Of a stretch of DNA of 64,000 nucleotides, positions 54,882 through 64,000 are shown one piece after another. The stretch is taken from positions 512,001 through 576,000 of the forward strand of contig CAVVLJ010000017.1 in the NCBI GenBank assembly GCA_963749075.1. Direction: 5' to 3'. A model generated the notes under the pieces. It was given only the letters and a program-made list of their open reading frames with translations. It had not been told where the DNA came from and made no database searches. This DNA comes from an uncultured Pseudomonadota bacterium (lineage in GTDB: Bacteria > Pseudomonadota > Alphaproteobacteria > JACZXZ01). The translations under genes and the position numbers were made by a program. How positions within the stretch are numbered: the stretch's first letter is position 1; the number at the start of each line of letters is the position of its first letter.

Positions 54882-56012
54882 ATGACCGACAAGAACCCGG
54901 CCGAGCGCTATCGCGCCAACCTGCAAGGCGAAATCGACAGCGCCTCGCTCTACCGCGCCCTGGCCGAGGTCGAGGGCGACCCGCAGATCGCCAAGGTCTA
55001 CGGCCGGCTCGCCGCGGTCGAGGAGGCCCACGCCTCCTTCTGGCAGAAGCGCCTCGAGGCGCTCGGCAAGCGGCTTCCCCGGCTGCGTCCCGGCTTCCGC
55101 CCCAAGGCGCTGGCGTGGCTCGCGCGGCGCTTCGGGCCGGGCTTCATTCTGCCGGCGATCAACACGCTCGAGCGCATGGACAGCGGCCATTACGACGCCC
55201 AGCCCGAAGCCGTGGCGGGCGGGCTGCCGCAGGCCGAGCGCAGCCACGCGCGCATCCTCCAGGCGATTGCCGGCGACGCCCCGGGGGCGATCACGGGGAG
55301 CACGCTGGCGCGGCTCGAGGGCCGCCACCGCGGGCTCGGCGGGAACGCGCTGCGCGCCGCCGTGCTCGGCGCCAACGACGGGCTCCTCTCCAACCTGAGC
55401 CTGGTCATGGGGGTCTCGGGCGCGGCGCTCGACCGCCATGCGGTTCTCATCACCGGGCTTGCGGGGCTCCTGGCCGGCGCCTGCTCGATGGCGCTCGGCG
55501 AGTGGCTCTCGGTGACGAGCTCGCGCGAATCCTATCAGCGCCAGATCGGCAAGGAGGCCTCCGAGCTCGCCGAGGTGCCCGACGAGGAGAAGGAGGAGCT
55601 CATCCTCATCTACCAGTCGAAAGGGCTCGGCGAGACCGAGGCGCGTGCCTTGGCCGAGCGGCTCATGGCCGACAAGTCGACGGCGCTCGACACGCTGGTG
55701 CGCGAGGAGCTCGGCATCGACCCGTCCGAGCTCGGCGGCTCGGCCTGGACGGCGGGCGCCACGTCGTTCCTCCTCTTCGCCACGGGTGCCGTCTTCCCCG
55801 TGGTGCCCTTCTTCTTCGCCGGAGGAGAGCGCGCGGTGGCAGCGAGCCTGGCGCTCTCCGGCCTCGCCCTCTTCGCGATCGGCGGCGGCACCAGCCTCTT
55901 CACCGGCCGCGGCGTGCTCCTCTCCGGCGTGCGTCAGCTGCTCGTCGGCCTGGCCGCGGCCGGCGTCACCTACGGCCTCGGCCGGCTCATCGGCGCGGCG
56001 CTCGGGGGATGA
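54882..56012 (+). CDS. VIT1/CCC1 iron transporter with N-terminal ferritin/rubrerythrin-like domain
   Basis: E.DS..LY..LA, EEAH, ERSH; LRAAVLGANDGLLS, GACSMALGEWLSV, REELGIDP. Confidence 0.9.
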   Translation: MTDKNPAERYRANLQGEIDSASLYRALAEVEGDPQIAKVYGRLAAVEEAHASFWQKRLEALGKRLPRLRPGFRPKALAWLARRFGPGFILPAINTLERMDSGHYDAQPEAVAGGLPQAERSHARILQAIAGDAPGAITGSTLARLEGRHRGLGGNALRAAVLGANDGLLSNLSLVMGVSGAALDRHAVLITGLAGLLAGACSMALGEWLSVTSSRESYQRQIGKEASELAEVPDEEKEELILIYQSKGLGETEARALAERLMADKSTALDTLVREELGIDPSELGGSAWTAGATSFLLFATGAVFPVVPFFFAGGERAVAASLALSGLALFAIGGGTSLFTGRGVLLSGVRQLLVGLAAAGVTYGLGRLIGAALGG

Positions 56013-56034
56013 GCCGGGTGCCGGCGCCGGGCGC

Positions 56035-56063
56035 TTGCCATGCACGGCCGCTTGGCGTATCTC
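56035..56063 (+). promoter_or_regulatory. Putative sigma70 promoter of the tRNA
   Basis: TTGCCA-N17-TATCTC. Confidence 0.45.
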
Positions 56064-56088
56064 CTGGCACCACTTCGCCTCGAAAGCT

Positions 56089-56163
56089 GCCGCCGTAGCT
56101 CAGTGGTAGAGCACGTCCTTGGTAAGGACGGGGTCCGGTGTTCAATTCACCGCGGCGGCACCA
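56089..56163 (+). tRNA. tRNA-Thr(GGT)
   Basis: GCCGCCG/CGGCGGC acceptor stem, TAGCTCAGTGGTAGAGC D-arm, CGTCC-TTGGTAA-GGACG anticodon arm, GTTCAATTC T-loop, encoded CCA. Confidence 0.97.
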
Positions 56164-56187
56164 CCCACTCCCCATGCCACGCCAGCC

Positions 56188-56880
56188 CTAATCCGGCGCG
56201 CGCAAGCGGTAGCCGACGCCCGTCTCGGTCAGGAGGTACTGCGGCCGCGCCGGCTCGCGCTCGAGCTTGTGGCGCAGGCTGCGCACATAGACGCGCAAAT
56301 ATTGCACGTCCTCCACGTGCGCCGGCCCCCACACCTCGCGCAGGATGAACTCGTGGGTGAGCACGCGCCCGGCCTGGGTCACGAGCAGGCGCAGGAGATC
56401 GAATTCCTTGGCGGAGAGCCTGACCTCCTCGCCCTCGAGCATCACGTGGCGGCGCACGAGGTCGACGGTGAGCGCGCCGCACTTGTAGACCGGGGGCGCG
56501 CCCTGCTCCTGGAAGCGCCGCCGGAGCGCCGTGCGCAGGCGCGCGTTGAGCTCCTCCATGCCGAAGGGCTTGGTGATGTAATCGTCGGCGCCGAGATCGA
56601 GCGCCTGCACCTTGCCGCGCTCGTCGCCGCGCGCGGAGAGCACCAGGATGGGCATCGCGGAGAGCCGGCGGATGCGCTGGATGACCTCGAGGCCCTCCAT
56701 GTCGGGCAGACCGAGATCGAGGATGACGAGGTCGGGCTTTTGCAGCACCACCGCGTCGACCGCGTCGCCGCCGGTTTCCGCGACGCTGACCTCGTATCCC
56801 TCGGCCTTGAGCCCGGCATCGAGGAAGCGGCGGATCGCCTTCTCGTCGTCGACCACGAGGATGCGGTGGGCCTTGCTCAT
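56188..56880 (-). CDS. kdpE: KdpE response regulator
   Basis: ILDLGLPDMEG, KVQALDLGADDYITKPF, YLRVYVRSLRHKLE, TETGVGYR. Confidence 0.95.
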   Translation of the reverse strand: MSKAHRILVVDDEKAIRRFLDAGLKAEGYEVSVAETGGDAVDAVVLQKPDLVILDLGLPDMEGLEVIQRIRRLSAMPILVLSARGDERGKVQALDLGADDYITKPFGMEELNARLRTALRRRFQEQGAPPVYKCGALTVDLVRRHVMLEGEEVRLSAKEFDLLRLLVTQAGRVLTHEFILREVWGPAHVEDVQYLRVYVRSLRHKLEREPARPQYLLTETGVGYRLRAPD

Positions 56881-59591
56881 GCCGGTGCCGCCGCGTCGCG
56901 CGCTTCCGCCGGCTGCGGCGCCAGGGGGAGGGCGATGGTGAAGACCGCACCCGAGCGGTCGGCGCGGTTGGCGGCGCGCACCGTGCCGCCCGACGCCTCG
57001 ACGAAGCCGCGGCAGATGGCGAGGCCGAGCCCCGTTCCCGCCGGGCGGTGGTCGCCGTCTGTGACCCGGTAGAACTTGTCGAAGATGCGCTCGAGCTGGC
57101 CCTCCGGAATGCCGGGCCCCTCGTCGGCGACCTCGAGCCTGAGCGTCTCCTCGTCGCGGCGCGCCGAGACGCGGACGAGCGAGCCCGGCGGCGCGTATTT
57201 CGCCGCGTTGTCGAGGAGATTGAAGAGCGCCTGGTCGAGCAGCAGCGCATCGCCCGCCACCATCGGCAGATCGGGAGCGATCTCGACCTCGACGCGGTGG
57301 TGCTGGAGCAGCCGCCCCGCACGCCTCAAGGCGGTCTCGACCAGCTCGCCCGCCTCGAGCATCTCGCACTTCGGCTGAAGCGCGCCCAACTCGAGCCGCG
57401 TCACGTCGAGGAGATTGCCCACGAAACGGTTGAGGCGCTCGGCCTCGTCCTCGATCGTGGCGATGAGCTCCTCCTTGACGCGCGGCTCCGCCGCCTCCTT
57501 GAGCGTGCGCAAGGCGGTGACCGAGCCGATGATCGAGGCGAGCGGCGTGCGCAAATCGTGCGAGATCGAGGTGAGGAGCGTCGAGCGCAGGCGCTCCGCC
57601 TCGGCCGCCACGCGCGCCTCGTCGATGTCGCCTGCGAGCCGCACCCGCTCGATGGCCACGGCTATGAGATCGGAGAGCGCGTCGAGGAGGCGGCGCTCGT
57701 CGGGCGTGAGGATCGGCCCCGGACGGTCGCGGTCGAGGCCGAGCACGCCGATGATGCCGCGCCCGGTGCGCATGGGGAGAAAGAGGCGGCGGGCGCCCGG
57801 CAGCGTGTCCGAGGCGCGGCCGGCCGCCTGATTGTGCGACCAGGTCCATTTGGCGGCGGCGAGGTCGGCCTCGTCGAGCTCGTCCTCGGGCGGATAGCCG
57901 GCGCGCACGGCGATCTGGCCCTTCTCCGGGAGGAGGACCACGATGCGCAGCTTGAGGAGGGCTGCCACCTGGTAGCAGAAGGCCCACAAGAGGTCGTCGA
58001 GATTGCCCGTCGCCGCGAGCTTGCGGCTGAAGGCATAGAGCTCGGCGGTGTCCTTGGCGCGGCGCTGGGCGGTGAGGACCTGCTCGCGCGTGCGCGCCGT
58101 CAAGTTGCTCGTCAGCACGGCGACGATGCCGAAGAAGAGGAGCGCCATGACATTCGCCGGATCGGAGATCGTGAAGGTATAGAGCGGCGGCAGGAAGAAG
58201 AAATTATAGGCGAGCACGCTCAAGAGCACGGCGAAGAGCGAGGGCAGGAGGCCATAGGCGACCGCGGTGAAGAGGATGGCGGCGAGATAGACGAGCGAGA
58301 GGTTGGGCAGCCGCACGAAATGGTCGATGGCGAGGCCGATGAGCGTTGCGGCGGCCGTAGTGCCGGCGGCGACCAGATAGGGCAGCAGGTCGACCGGCTC
58401 GCCGGCGGCACGCGTGGTGACGTTCTTCGGCGGGATGGGCTGACCCTCGCCGGTCACCACCTCGACGCCGATGTTGTTGGCCTTGCGGATGAGCTCGCCC
58501 GGCACCGAGCCGCGCAGTATCTCGCTTACGCGCGAGCGCCGGGGTTTCCCCACGAGCACGCGCGTGACGTTGTTGGCCCGGGCGTAGGCGAGCACGTCGT
58601 CGGCGACGCTGCGGCCGGGGACGGTGAGCGCCTCGCCGCCCAGCCGCTCGGCCAGACGCAGCGTATCGGCGATGCGGTCGCGCTCGACCTCCGAGAGGCG
58701 GTGATGCCGCGAGGTCTCGATGTAGAGCACGCCCCACTTGGCCTTGAGCTGGTCGGCCACCCGCCGCGCCTGGCGCACCACTTGCGCGGACGCCGGGCTC
58801 TCGCTCACGCAGGCGAGCACGCGCTCGCCCGCGGCCCACGGGCCGCTGATGGCGTGCGCCTGCATGTAGCTCAGCATCTGCTCGTCGACGCGCTGGGCGG
58901 CGCGCCGCAAGGCGAGCTCGCGGAGTGCCGTGAGGTTGCCCGGCGAGAAGTAATGCTTGAGGGCGCGCTGCGCCTGGTGGGGGACGTAGACCTTGCCCTC
59001 CTTCAGGCGCTGCGTGAGGTCCTCCGGCGTGAGATCGACGACCTCGATCTCGCCGGCCTGGTCGATCACGCTGTCCGGAATGGTCTCGCGCACGCGGATG
59101 CGCGTGATCTGCGCCACCACGTCGTTCAGGCTCTCGAGGTGCTGGATGTTGAGCGTCGAATAGACGTCGATGCCGGCGGCGAGCAGCTCGGCCACGTCCA
59201 TGTGGCGCTTGGGATGGCGCGAGCCGGGAGCGTTCGAATGGGCGAGCTCGTCGACCAGCACGAGCTGGGGCGAGCGCTTGAGCACGGCGTCGAGATCCAT
59301 CTCCTCGAGGATATGGCCGCGGTACTCGACACGGCGGCGCGGGATGATCTCGAGCCCGCGCAAGAGGCGCTCCGTCTCGACGCGGCCGTGGGTCTCGACC
59401 ACGCCGACGACCGCGTCGACCCCCTCGCGCCGGCGCTGCGCCGCGGCGAGCAGCATCTCGTAGGTCTTGCCGACGCCGGGTGCGGCGCCGAGGAAGATCT
59501 TGAGCTTGCCGCGCCGCTCCTCCTTCGCGGCCGCGAGCAGGGCTTCCGGCGACGGGCGATGGTGGTACTCGCTCCCGTTCGGCTGGACCAT
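56877..59591 (-). CDS. kdpD: KdpD sensor kinase
   Basis: RGKLKIFLGAAPGVGKTYEML, VDELAHSN, USP domain, 4 TM, GAF, SHDLRTPL, GTGLGLAIC. Confidence 0.97.
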   Translation of the reverse strand: MVQPNGSEYHHRPSPEALLAAAKEERRGKLKIFLGAAPGVGKTYEMLLAAAQRRREGVDAVVGVVETHGRVETERLLRGLEIIPRRRVEYRGHILEEMDLDAVLKRSPQLVLVDELAHSNAPGSRHPKRHMDVAELLAAGIDVYSTLNIQHLESLNDVVAQITRIRVRETIPDSVIDQAGEIEVVDLTPEDLTQRLKEGKVYVPHQAQRALKHYFSPGNLTALRELALRRAAQRVDEQMLSYMQAHAISGPWAAGERVLACVSESPASAQVVRQARRVADQLKAKWGVLYIETSRHHRLSEVERDRIADTLRLAERLGGEALTVPGRSVADDVLAYARANNVTRVLVGKPRRSRVSEILRGSVPGELIRKANNIGVEVVTGEGQPIPPKNVTTRAAGEPVDLLPYLVAAGTTAAATLIGLAIDHFVRLPNLSLVYLAAILFTAVAYGLLPSLFAVLLSVLAYNFFFLPPLYTFTISDPANVMALLFFGIVAVLTSNLTARTREQVLTAQRRAKDTAELYAFSRKLAATGNLDDLLWAFCYQVAALLKLRIVVLLPEKGQIAVRAGYPPEDELDEADLAAAKWTWSHNQAAGRASDTLPGARRLFLPMRTGRGIIGVLGLDRDRPGPILTPDERRLLDALSDLIAVAIERVRLAGDIDEARVAAEAERLRSTLLTSISHDLRTPLASIIGSVTALRTLKEAAEPRVKEELIATIEDEAERLNRFVGNLLDVTRLELGALQPKCEMLEAGELVETALRRAGRLLQHHRVEVEIAPDLPMVAGDALLLDQALFNLLDNAAKYAPPGSLVRVSARRDEETLRLEVADEGPGIPEGQLERIFDKFYRVTDGDHRPAGTGLGLAICRGFVEASGGTVRAANRADRSGAVFTIALPLAPQPAEARDAAAPA

Positions 59592-59662
59592 GGCTTGCTA
59601 TTAACCCCGCGAACGAACGAGGTCGGACCCTCCGCCCCCGAGGGGGCGGATCGAGCCGGCAC

Positions 59663-60619
59663 CTAAGGCGCGCTGCCGGCGGCTCCCTCGGCCGTCTGCC
59701 CGGCCGGCACCGGCCGCCTGAGACGCCCCTCGCCGAGGAGGAGGAGGATCGGCGCCGCGATGAAGATCGACGAGGACGTGCCGATCACGATGCCGACGAG
59801 GAGCACGATGGCGAATTCGCGGAGCACGCCGGAGCTCATGATGGCGAGCGGCAGGATGGCGAGGAACACCGTGCCAGAGGTCGCGATGGTGCGGCACAGC
59901 GTCTCGTTGATGCTGCGGTCGATCAGCTCGCGCAGGCTCATGCGCCGGTAGAGCCGCAGATTCTCGCGCACGCGGTCGTAGACGACGACCTTGTCGTTGA
60001 TCGAGTAGCCCATGACGGTGAGGATCGCGACGATGCTGGTGACGTTGAACTCGAAGCGGGTGAGCCCGTAGACGCCGACGATCTTCGTCACGTCGAGGAT
60101 GAGGGTCGCGGTCGCCGCCACGCCGAACTGCCATTCGAAGCGGAACCAGATGTAGCCGAGCATCGCCAAGAGGGCGATGCCGAGCGCCTTGAGGCCGTCG
60201 CTCCACAGCTCGCCGCTCACGGTGGCGCCCACTGCCTCGACGCTCTGCAGCACGGTGCCGGGCAATTCGCGCTCGAGCGCCGCGCGCAGCACGGTCACGG
60301 CCTCCTGCTGCGCCGCATCTCCGCCGGGCTGCCGCTCGAGACGGATATCCACGTCCCTGGGCGAGCCGAACTGCTGCAGCTCGACCGGGCCGAGATTGAG
60401 CTGCTGGAGATCGACGCGCAGCTTGGCGAAATCGACGTCGTCCTTCATATGGGCCTGGATCCCGATGCCGCCGCGGAAATCGATGCCGAGATTGAGCCCG
60501 GGGTAGAGGGCGAGGGTGATCGAGCCGATGCTCAGCACGGCCGAGACGATGAGGCCCGCGAAGCGCCCGTTCATGAACGGGATCGTGGTGTCGTCGGGTA
60601 CGAGGCGGGGTCCGAACAC
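59663..60619 (-). CDS. secF: Protein translocase subunit SecF
   Basis: GIDFRGG, YIWFRFEWQF, GYSINDKVVVYDRVREN, GTSSSIFIA. Confidence 0.93.
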   Translation of the reverse strand: MFGPRLVPDDTTIPFMNGRFAGLIVSAVLSIGSITLALYPGLNLGIDFRGGIGIQAHMKDDVDFAKLRVDLQQLNLGPVELQQFGSPRDVDIRLERQPGGDAAQQEAVTVLRAALERELPGTVLQSVEAVGATVSGELWSDGLKALGIALLAMLGYIWFRFEWQFGVAATATLILDVTKIVGVYGLTRFEFNVTSIVAILTVMGYSINDKVVVYDRVRENLRLYRRMSLRELIDRSINETLCRTIATSGTVFLAILPLAIMSSGVLREFAIVLLVGIVIGTSSSIFIAAPILLLLGEGRLRRPVPAGQTAEGAAGSAP

Positions 60620-60631
60620 GGGGCGGTCTCC

Positions 60632-62200
60632 TCAGGCGAGCAGCGCCTTGGGCCGCGCGCGGCGCACCCAGAGCGCTATGAGCATGCGGACGAGCACGAT
60701 GGCAGTGAACATCGAGGTCATGATGCCGAGGCTGATGGTGACGGCGAAGCCCTTGACCGGCCCCGAGCCCAGCATGAAGAGGATCATCATCTTGAGGAGC
60801 GTGGTGAGGTTGGCGTCCACGATCGTCGACATGGCCTTGGCGAAGCCCGTCTGGATCGCCGAGAGCGGGCTGCGCCCCTTGCGCGCCTCCTCGCGGATGC
60901 GCTCGTTGATGAGCACGTTGGCGTCGACCGACATGCCGACGGTCAAGAGGATGCCGACGATGCCGGGGAGCGTGAGGCTCGCCTGGAGGAGCGAGAGCAG
61001 GCCCATGAGCAGGCAGAGGTTCATCACCAGACCGGCCGCTGCGAAGACGCCGAACAGGCGGTAGAAGAAGATCATGAAGGCGACGACCAGCGTGCCGCCG
61101 ATCAGGCAGGCATAGATGCCGGTGCGGATGGCGTCGGCCCCGAGGCTGGGCCCGACGGTGCGCTCCTCGATGATCTTGAGCGGCGCGGGCAAGGCGCCGC
61201 CGCGCAGCAGAATGGCGAGGTCGTTGGCGGATTGCGCGGAGAAGTGGCCGCTGATCTGGCCCCGGCCGCCGAGGATCGGCTCGCGGATCACGGGCGCGCT
61301 GATGACCCGGTTGTCGAGCACGATGGCAAGCAGCCGGCCCACGTCCTTCTGCGTCGCCTGGCCGAACTGCCGGGCGCCCACCGTATCGAACTCGAAATTC
61401 ACCACCCATTCGCCGGTCTGCGAATTGGTGCCGGCCTGCGCGTCCTTGAGATGCGAGCCGTCGACCTCGATCGCGCGCTGGACGAGATAGCGGCCAGCAC
61501 CCTGCCGCCCGTCCGAGGCGGGCATGTACTCCGTGCCCGGCGGCGCCGCGGCGCCCGGACTCGGCGTCTCGCTGCTCACCAGATGGAAGGTCAGCTTCGC
61601 CGTGGTGCCGAGCAGCCGTTTCAGCCGGTCGGGATCCTGCACGCCGGGAAGCTGCACGGCGATGCGGTCGGAGCCCTGCCGCGAGATGGTGGGCTCGTTC
61701 ACCCCGGTCTCGTCGATGCGGCGGCGGACGATCTCGATCGACCGCGTCACGGCGTCGTTGGCGCGGTCGCGCAGGACCACCTCGCTCGGCTTGAGCGCCA
61801 CCTCCCCGCCGGCACCGGCGGTGATGTCGTATTCCGCGGCGGCCCCGCTGCCGGCGACCGTCTGAAGGGCGCTCCGCGCCTCATCGCCGCGCTCGGGGTC
61901 GCGCAGCTTGAAGCGCACGGCGCCGCCCTCGACGCGCAGCTCCGTGTAGAGGAGATGGGCCGCAAGCAGCGCGCGTCGGACGCCCTCGAGGACGCCCTCC
62001 AGGCGCTCGTGCTCCGCCGCCGCCACGTCGACCTGGAGGAGGAGATAGCTGCCGCCCTTGAGGTCGAGACCGAGATGGATCTGCCGGTCGAAGGGCAGGT
62101 AGCGAAGCGCTTGCTGACCGACCACGTTGGGCAGCGCCAGGAGCAGGCCCAGGAGACACGCCAAGCCGATAGCGGTGATCTGCCATCGGGAATAAAACAT
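60632..62200 (-). CDS. secD: Protein translocase subunit SecD
   Basis: LGLDLKGG, RRRIDETGVNEP, LAIVLDN, GMSVDANVLINERIREE, GPVKGFAVT. Confidence 0.95.
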   Translation of the reverse strand: MFYSRWQITAIGLACLLGLLLALPNVVGQQALRYLPFDRQIHLGLDLKGGSYLLLQVDVAAAEHERLEGVLEGVRRALLAAHLLYTELRVEGGAVRFKLRDPERGDEARSALQTVAGSGAAAEYDITAGAGGEVALKPSEVVLRDRANDAVTRSIEIVRRRIDETGVNEPTISRQGSDRIAVQLPGVQDPDRLKRLLGTTAKLTFHLVSSETPSPGAAAPPGTEYMPASDGRQGAGRYLVQRAIEVDGSHLKDAQAGTNSQTGEWVVNFEFDTVGARQFGQATQKDVGRLLAIVLDNRVISAPVIREPILGGRGQISGHFSAQSANDLAILLRGGALPAPLKIIEERTVGPSLGADAIRTGIYACLIGGTLVVAFMIFFYRLFGVFAAAGLVMNLCLLMGLLSLLQASLTLPGIVGILLTVGMSVDANVLINERIREEARKGRSPLSAIQTGFAKAMSTIVDANLTTLLKMMILFMLGSGPVKGFAVTISLGIMTSMFTAIVLVRMLIALWVRRARPKALLA

Positions 62201-62405
62201 CGCCCCTTCCTTTCGCGCCGCCTGGCGCTAGCTCGCAGAAGGGCGCCATGATAGCGAGCTTCCCGCCCCAGCACCAGACGGGATTCGCTTTGAAATCCAA
62301 AGGCTTGGTATAGTCCGCGGCGGGCCGCGCGAGGGCCGCGATCACGCCGCCGCGAGGCGGTTGGAGGAGCGCGCTTCTCCGCATGGGGCGCTTGCCGCCC
62401 GCGGC

Positions 62406-62642
62406 TCAATTGCGGCGGCACCCATCCTCGCCCTCGACCACGAGCCTGAGCGAGGCCGCGTCGTCGCTCTCGTCGCGCGCGAAGCGGATGGCGGCGTCGC
62501 GCTTGAAGAAGATGCCGAGCACCATGCCGTCGGCCCGGCGCGCGTGCCAGCGCCCGATCTGATTGCGGAAGATCTGGAAGACGTTGCTCGGGTCGGCGGC
62601 TGCGGGCGGCGGCTCGTAAGCGGTTCTCGTCAAGGCGTTCAT
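62406..62642 (-). CDS. Small hypothetical protein (78 aa)
   Basis: GGAGAG RBS; FQIFRNQIGRWHARRADGMVLGIFFKRDAAIRFARDES; GC3-rich codons. Confidence 0.65.
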   Translation of the reverse strand: MNALTRTAYEPPPAAADPSNVFQIFRNQIGRWHARRADGMVLGIFFKRDAAIRFARDESDDAASLRLVVEGEDGCRRN

Positions 62643-62736
62643 CGGCGGCTCTCCTTGCCGTTGAGACATCGCCGTGAATATTAGGAGTGCGCGGCCGGAT
62701 TTTCTAATAAATATGTAGTATAAACTCTTGGTGTCC

Positions 62737-62754
62737 CCATAAAAACGAGTAAAA
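62737..62754 (-). promoter_or_regulatory. Putative KdpE-type operator in an AT-rich promoter
   Basis: Minus strand TTTAC-TCGTT-TTTAT direct repeat resembles the KdpE site TTTATA-N5-TTTACA. Confidence 0.4.
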
Positions 62755-62786
62755 GCTTCGCAGAGGCATCTCGGACCGCGTGCGGT

Positions 62787-62953
62787 GCATCCTTCGAGAC
62801 GCTCGCTGCGCCCGCTCCTCGGGATGAGCTCAAGTCTTTCAGCCACGCACGAATCCACCTCGTCCTGAGGAGCGCCCCCGCGGGCCGAAGGCCCGCTCTT
62901 TTGCACCATGCAAAAGAGGCGCGCTTCGCGCGCGGGGGCGCGTCTCGAAGGAC
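62787..62953. repeat. Rhizobial-type REP/RPE palindrome with nested hairpins
   Basis: TCCTTCGAGACGC...GCTCCTCGGGATGAG ... CTCGTCCTGAGGAGCG...GCGTCTCGAAGGA; internal CTCTTTTGCA-CCA-TGCAAAAGAG. Confidence 0.8.
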
Positions 62954-62985
62954 CGACGTCGGCAGTGCAAGCCTCCTCGAGTTCT

Positions 62986-63116
62986 GTCCATGCCCTGGCG
63001 CGAAAGCGGGGGTCCAGAGCAGATGGATTCCCGCTCTCCGCCTTCGCGGGGACAGGCTTCGCGGGGACAGGCTTCGCGGGGACAGGCTTCGCGGGGACAG
63101 GCTTCGCGGGAATGAC
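62986..63116. repeat. REP element containing a 15-bp tandem repeat (4 full copies + partial)
   Basis: GCGAAAGCGGGGGTCCA...TGGATTCCCGC..(CTTCGCGGGGACAGG)x4-CTTCGCGGGAATGAC. Confidence 0.85.
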
Positions 63117-63152
63117 GACCGCGGCGGCAATTCCGTTTGAACGGCGACCGTT

Positions 63153-63761
63153 CTACGGCTTGTGCGCGGCCATCTCGTCGAGCGCCATGTTGAGCTCGAG
63201 CACGTTGACGTGCGGCTCGCCGAGCACGCCGAGGGTGCGGCCCTCGACGAAGCGCTGGACGAGTGCCGCCACCTCGCTCTCCGGGAGATTGCGCGCCTTG
63301 GCGACGCGCGGGATCTGGAATTGCGCCGCCGCGGGCGTGATGTGGGGATCGAGGCCGCTCCCCGATGCGGTCACCAGATCGACGGGGACCGGCTTGCCGT
63401 TCTCCGCGTGCAGCTTCGCCGCCGCGTCCTTGACGCCGTCGACGAGCGCCTGGCTGGTGGGGCCGAGGTTCGAGCCCATCGAATTGCTGGCGTCATAAGG
63501 ATCGGGGATCGTCTTCGACGGATCCTTGGGATCGGGTGCCGTGATCGCCGACGGGCGGCCGTGGAAATACTTGTCGCCGGCAAAATTCTGCCCGATCAGC
63601 GCCGAGCCGACCACCTTGCCGCCCTTCTCGATCAGGCTGCCGTGCGCCTGCCAGGGGAAGAGCACCTCGGCGATTCCGGTCATGGCGAGCGGGTAGGCGA
63701 GCCCCACGAGCGCCGTGAAGAGCACGATCATGACGAGGGCGGGACGCAGCTCCTTGAGCAT
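63153..63761 (-). CDS. kdpC: KdpC
   Basis: [55 protein letters not shown]. Confidence 0.96.
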   Translation of the reverse strand: MLKELRPALVMIVLFTALVGLAYPLAMTGIAEVLFPWQAHGSLIEKGGKVVGSALIGQNFAGDKYFHGRPSAITAPDPKDPSKTIPDPYDASNSMGSNLGPTSQALVDGVKDAAAKLHAENGKPVPVDLVTASGSGLDPHITPAAAQFQIPRVAKARNLPESEVAALVQRFVEGRTLGVLGEPHVNVLELNMALDEMAAHKP

Positions 63762-63772
63762 GGCACGCTTCC

Positions 63773-64000
63773 CTAAGCAAGGCCCAAGGCGCTGATGACC
63801 ATGTCGCACGCCTTGATGCCGATGAAGGGGATGATGACGCCGCCCACGCCGTAGATGAGGAGATTGCGGCTCAAGAGGCGATAGGCGCTCTCCGGGCGGT
63901 ATTTGACGCCGCGCAGCGCCAGCGGGATGAGCGCCACGATGACGAGCGCGTTGAAGATCACCGCGGCTAGGATGGCGCTCTCGGGGTTGCGCAGGCCCAT
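63773..64000 (-). CDS. kdpB: KdpB C-terminus (partial)
   Basis: [46 protein letters not shown]. Confidence 0.95.
   Translation of the reverse strand: MGLRNPESAILAAVIFNALVIVALIPLALRGVKYRPESAYRLLSRNLLIYGVGGVIIPFIGIKACDMVISALGLA

Noticed and set aside
56064-56163. tRNA-Thr as attachment site for the island
   Set aside because: The island lies 5' of the tRNA; no integrase; only short matches (GGCACCAC near 56066, GCGGCACC near 11812) that are expected by chance.
63042-63111. Mini-CRISPR or repeat-protein ORFs (GDRLR / SPRSL repeats)
   Set aside because: Spacer-less 15-bp tandem repeat inside a REP; ORFs are by-products of a unit length divisible by 3.

Overview
High-GC alphaproteobacterial chromosome segment (likely Rhodospirillales-like; inferred from gene content and repeat types) with four zones. 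(1) 1-7.8 kb: a mostly minus-strand catabolic cluster (PLP deaminase, BHMT-type methyltransferase, DddP-like M24 enzyme, frameshifted Tat-exported dipeptide-type binding protein, BesD-fold 2OG/Fe(II) oxygenase), ending at a decayed higBA module bracketed by an 82-bp duplicate of the oxygenase 3' end. (2) 8.1-11.6 kb: four paralogous secreted, Cys-capped MORN-repeat proteins. (3) About 11.8-56.0 kb: a hypoxia/dormancy island with about 15 FNR/FixK boxes, placed in front of most operons. It carries an FxkR-like/FixK regulator pair, a complete N-type ATPase operon, glk, pfkB, PFOR plus a DHOD-like protein, ADH, OYE, three USPs, CBS-BON, two ABC exporters, a PPDK lacking its pyruvate domain coupled to a DUF47/PhoU-like protein, a VIT1 iron transporter and several deletion scars. 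It ends next to tRNA-Thr(GGT). (4) 56.2-64 kb: kdpB'C...kdpDE, interrupted by REP elements, a small ORF and secDF. No CRISPR, integrase or transposase was seen. All calls come from motif recognition by eye; no searches were run.
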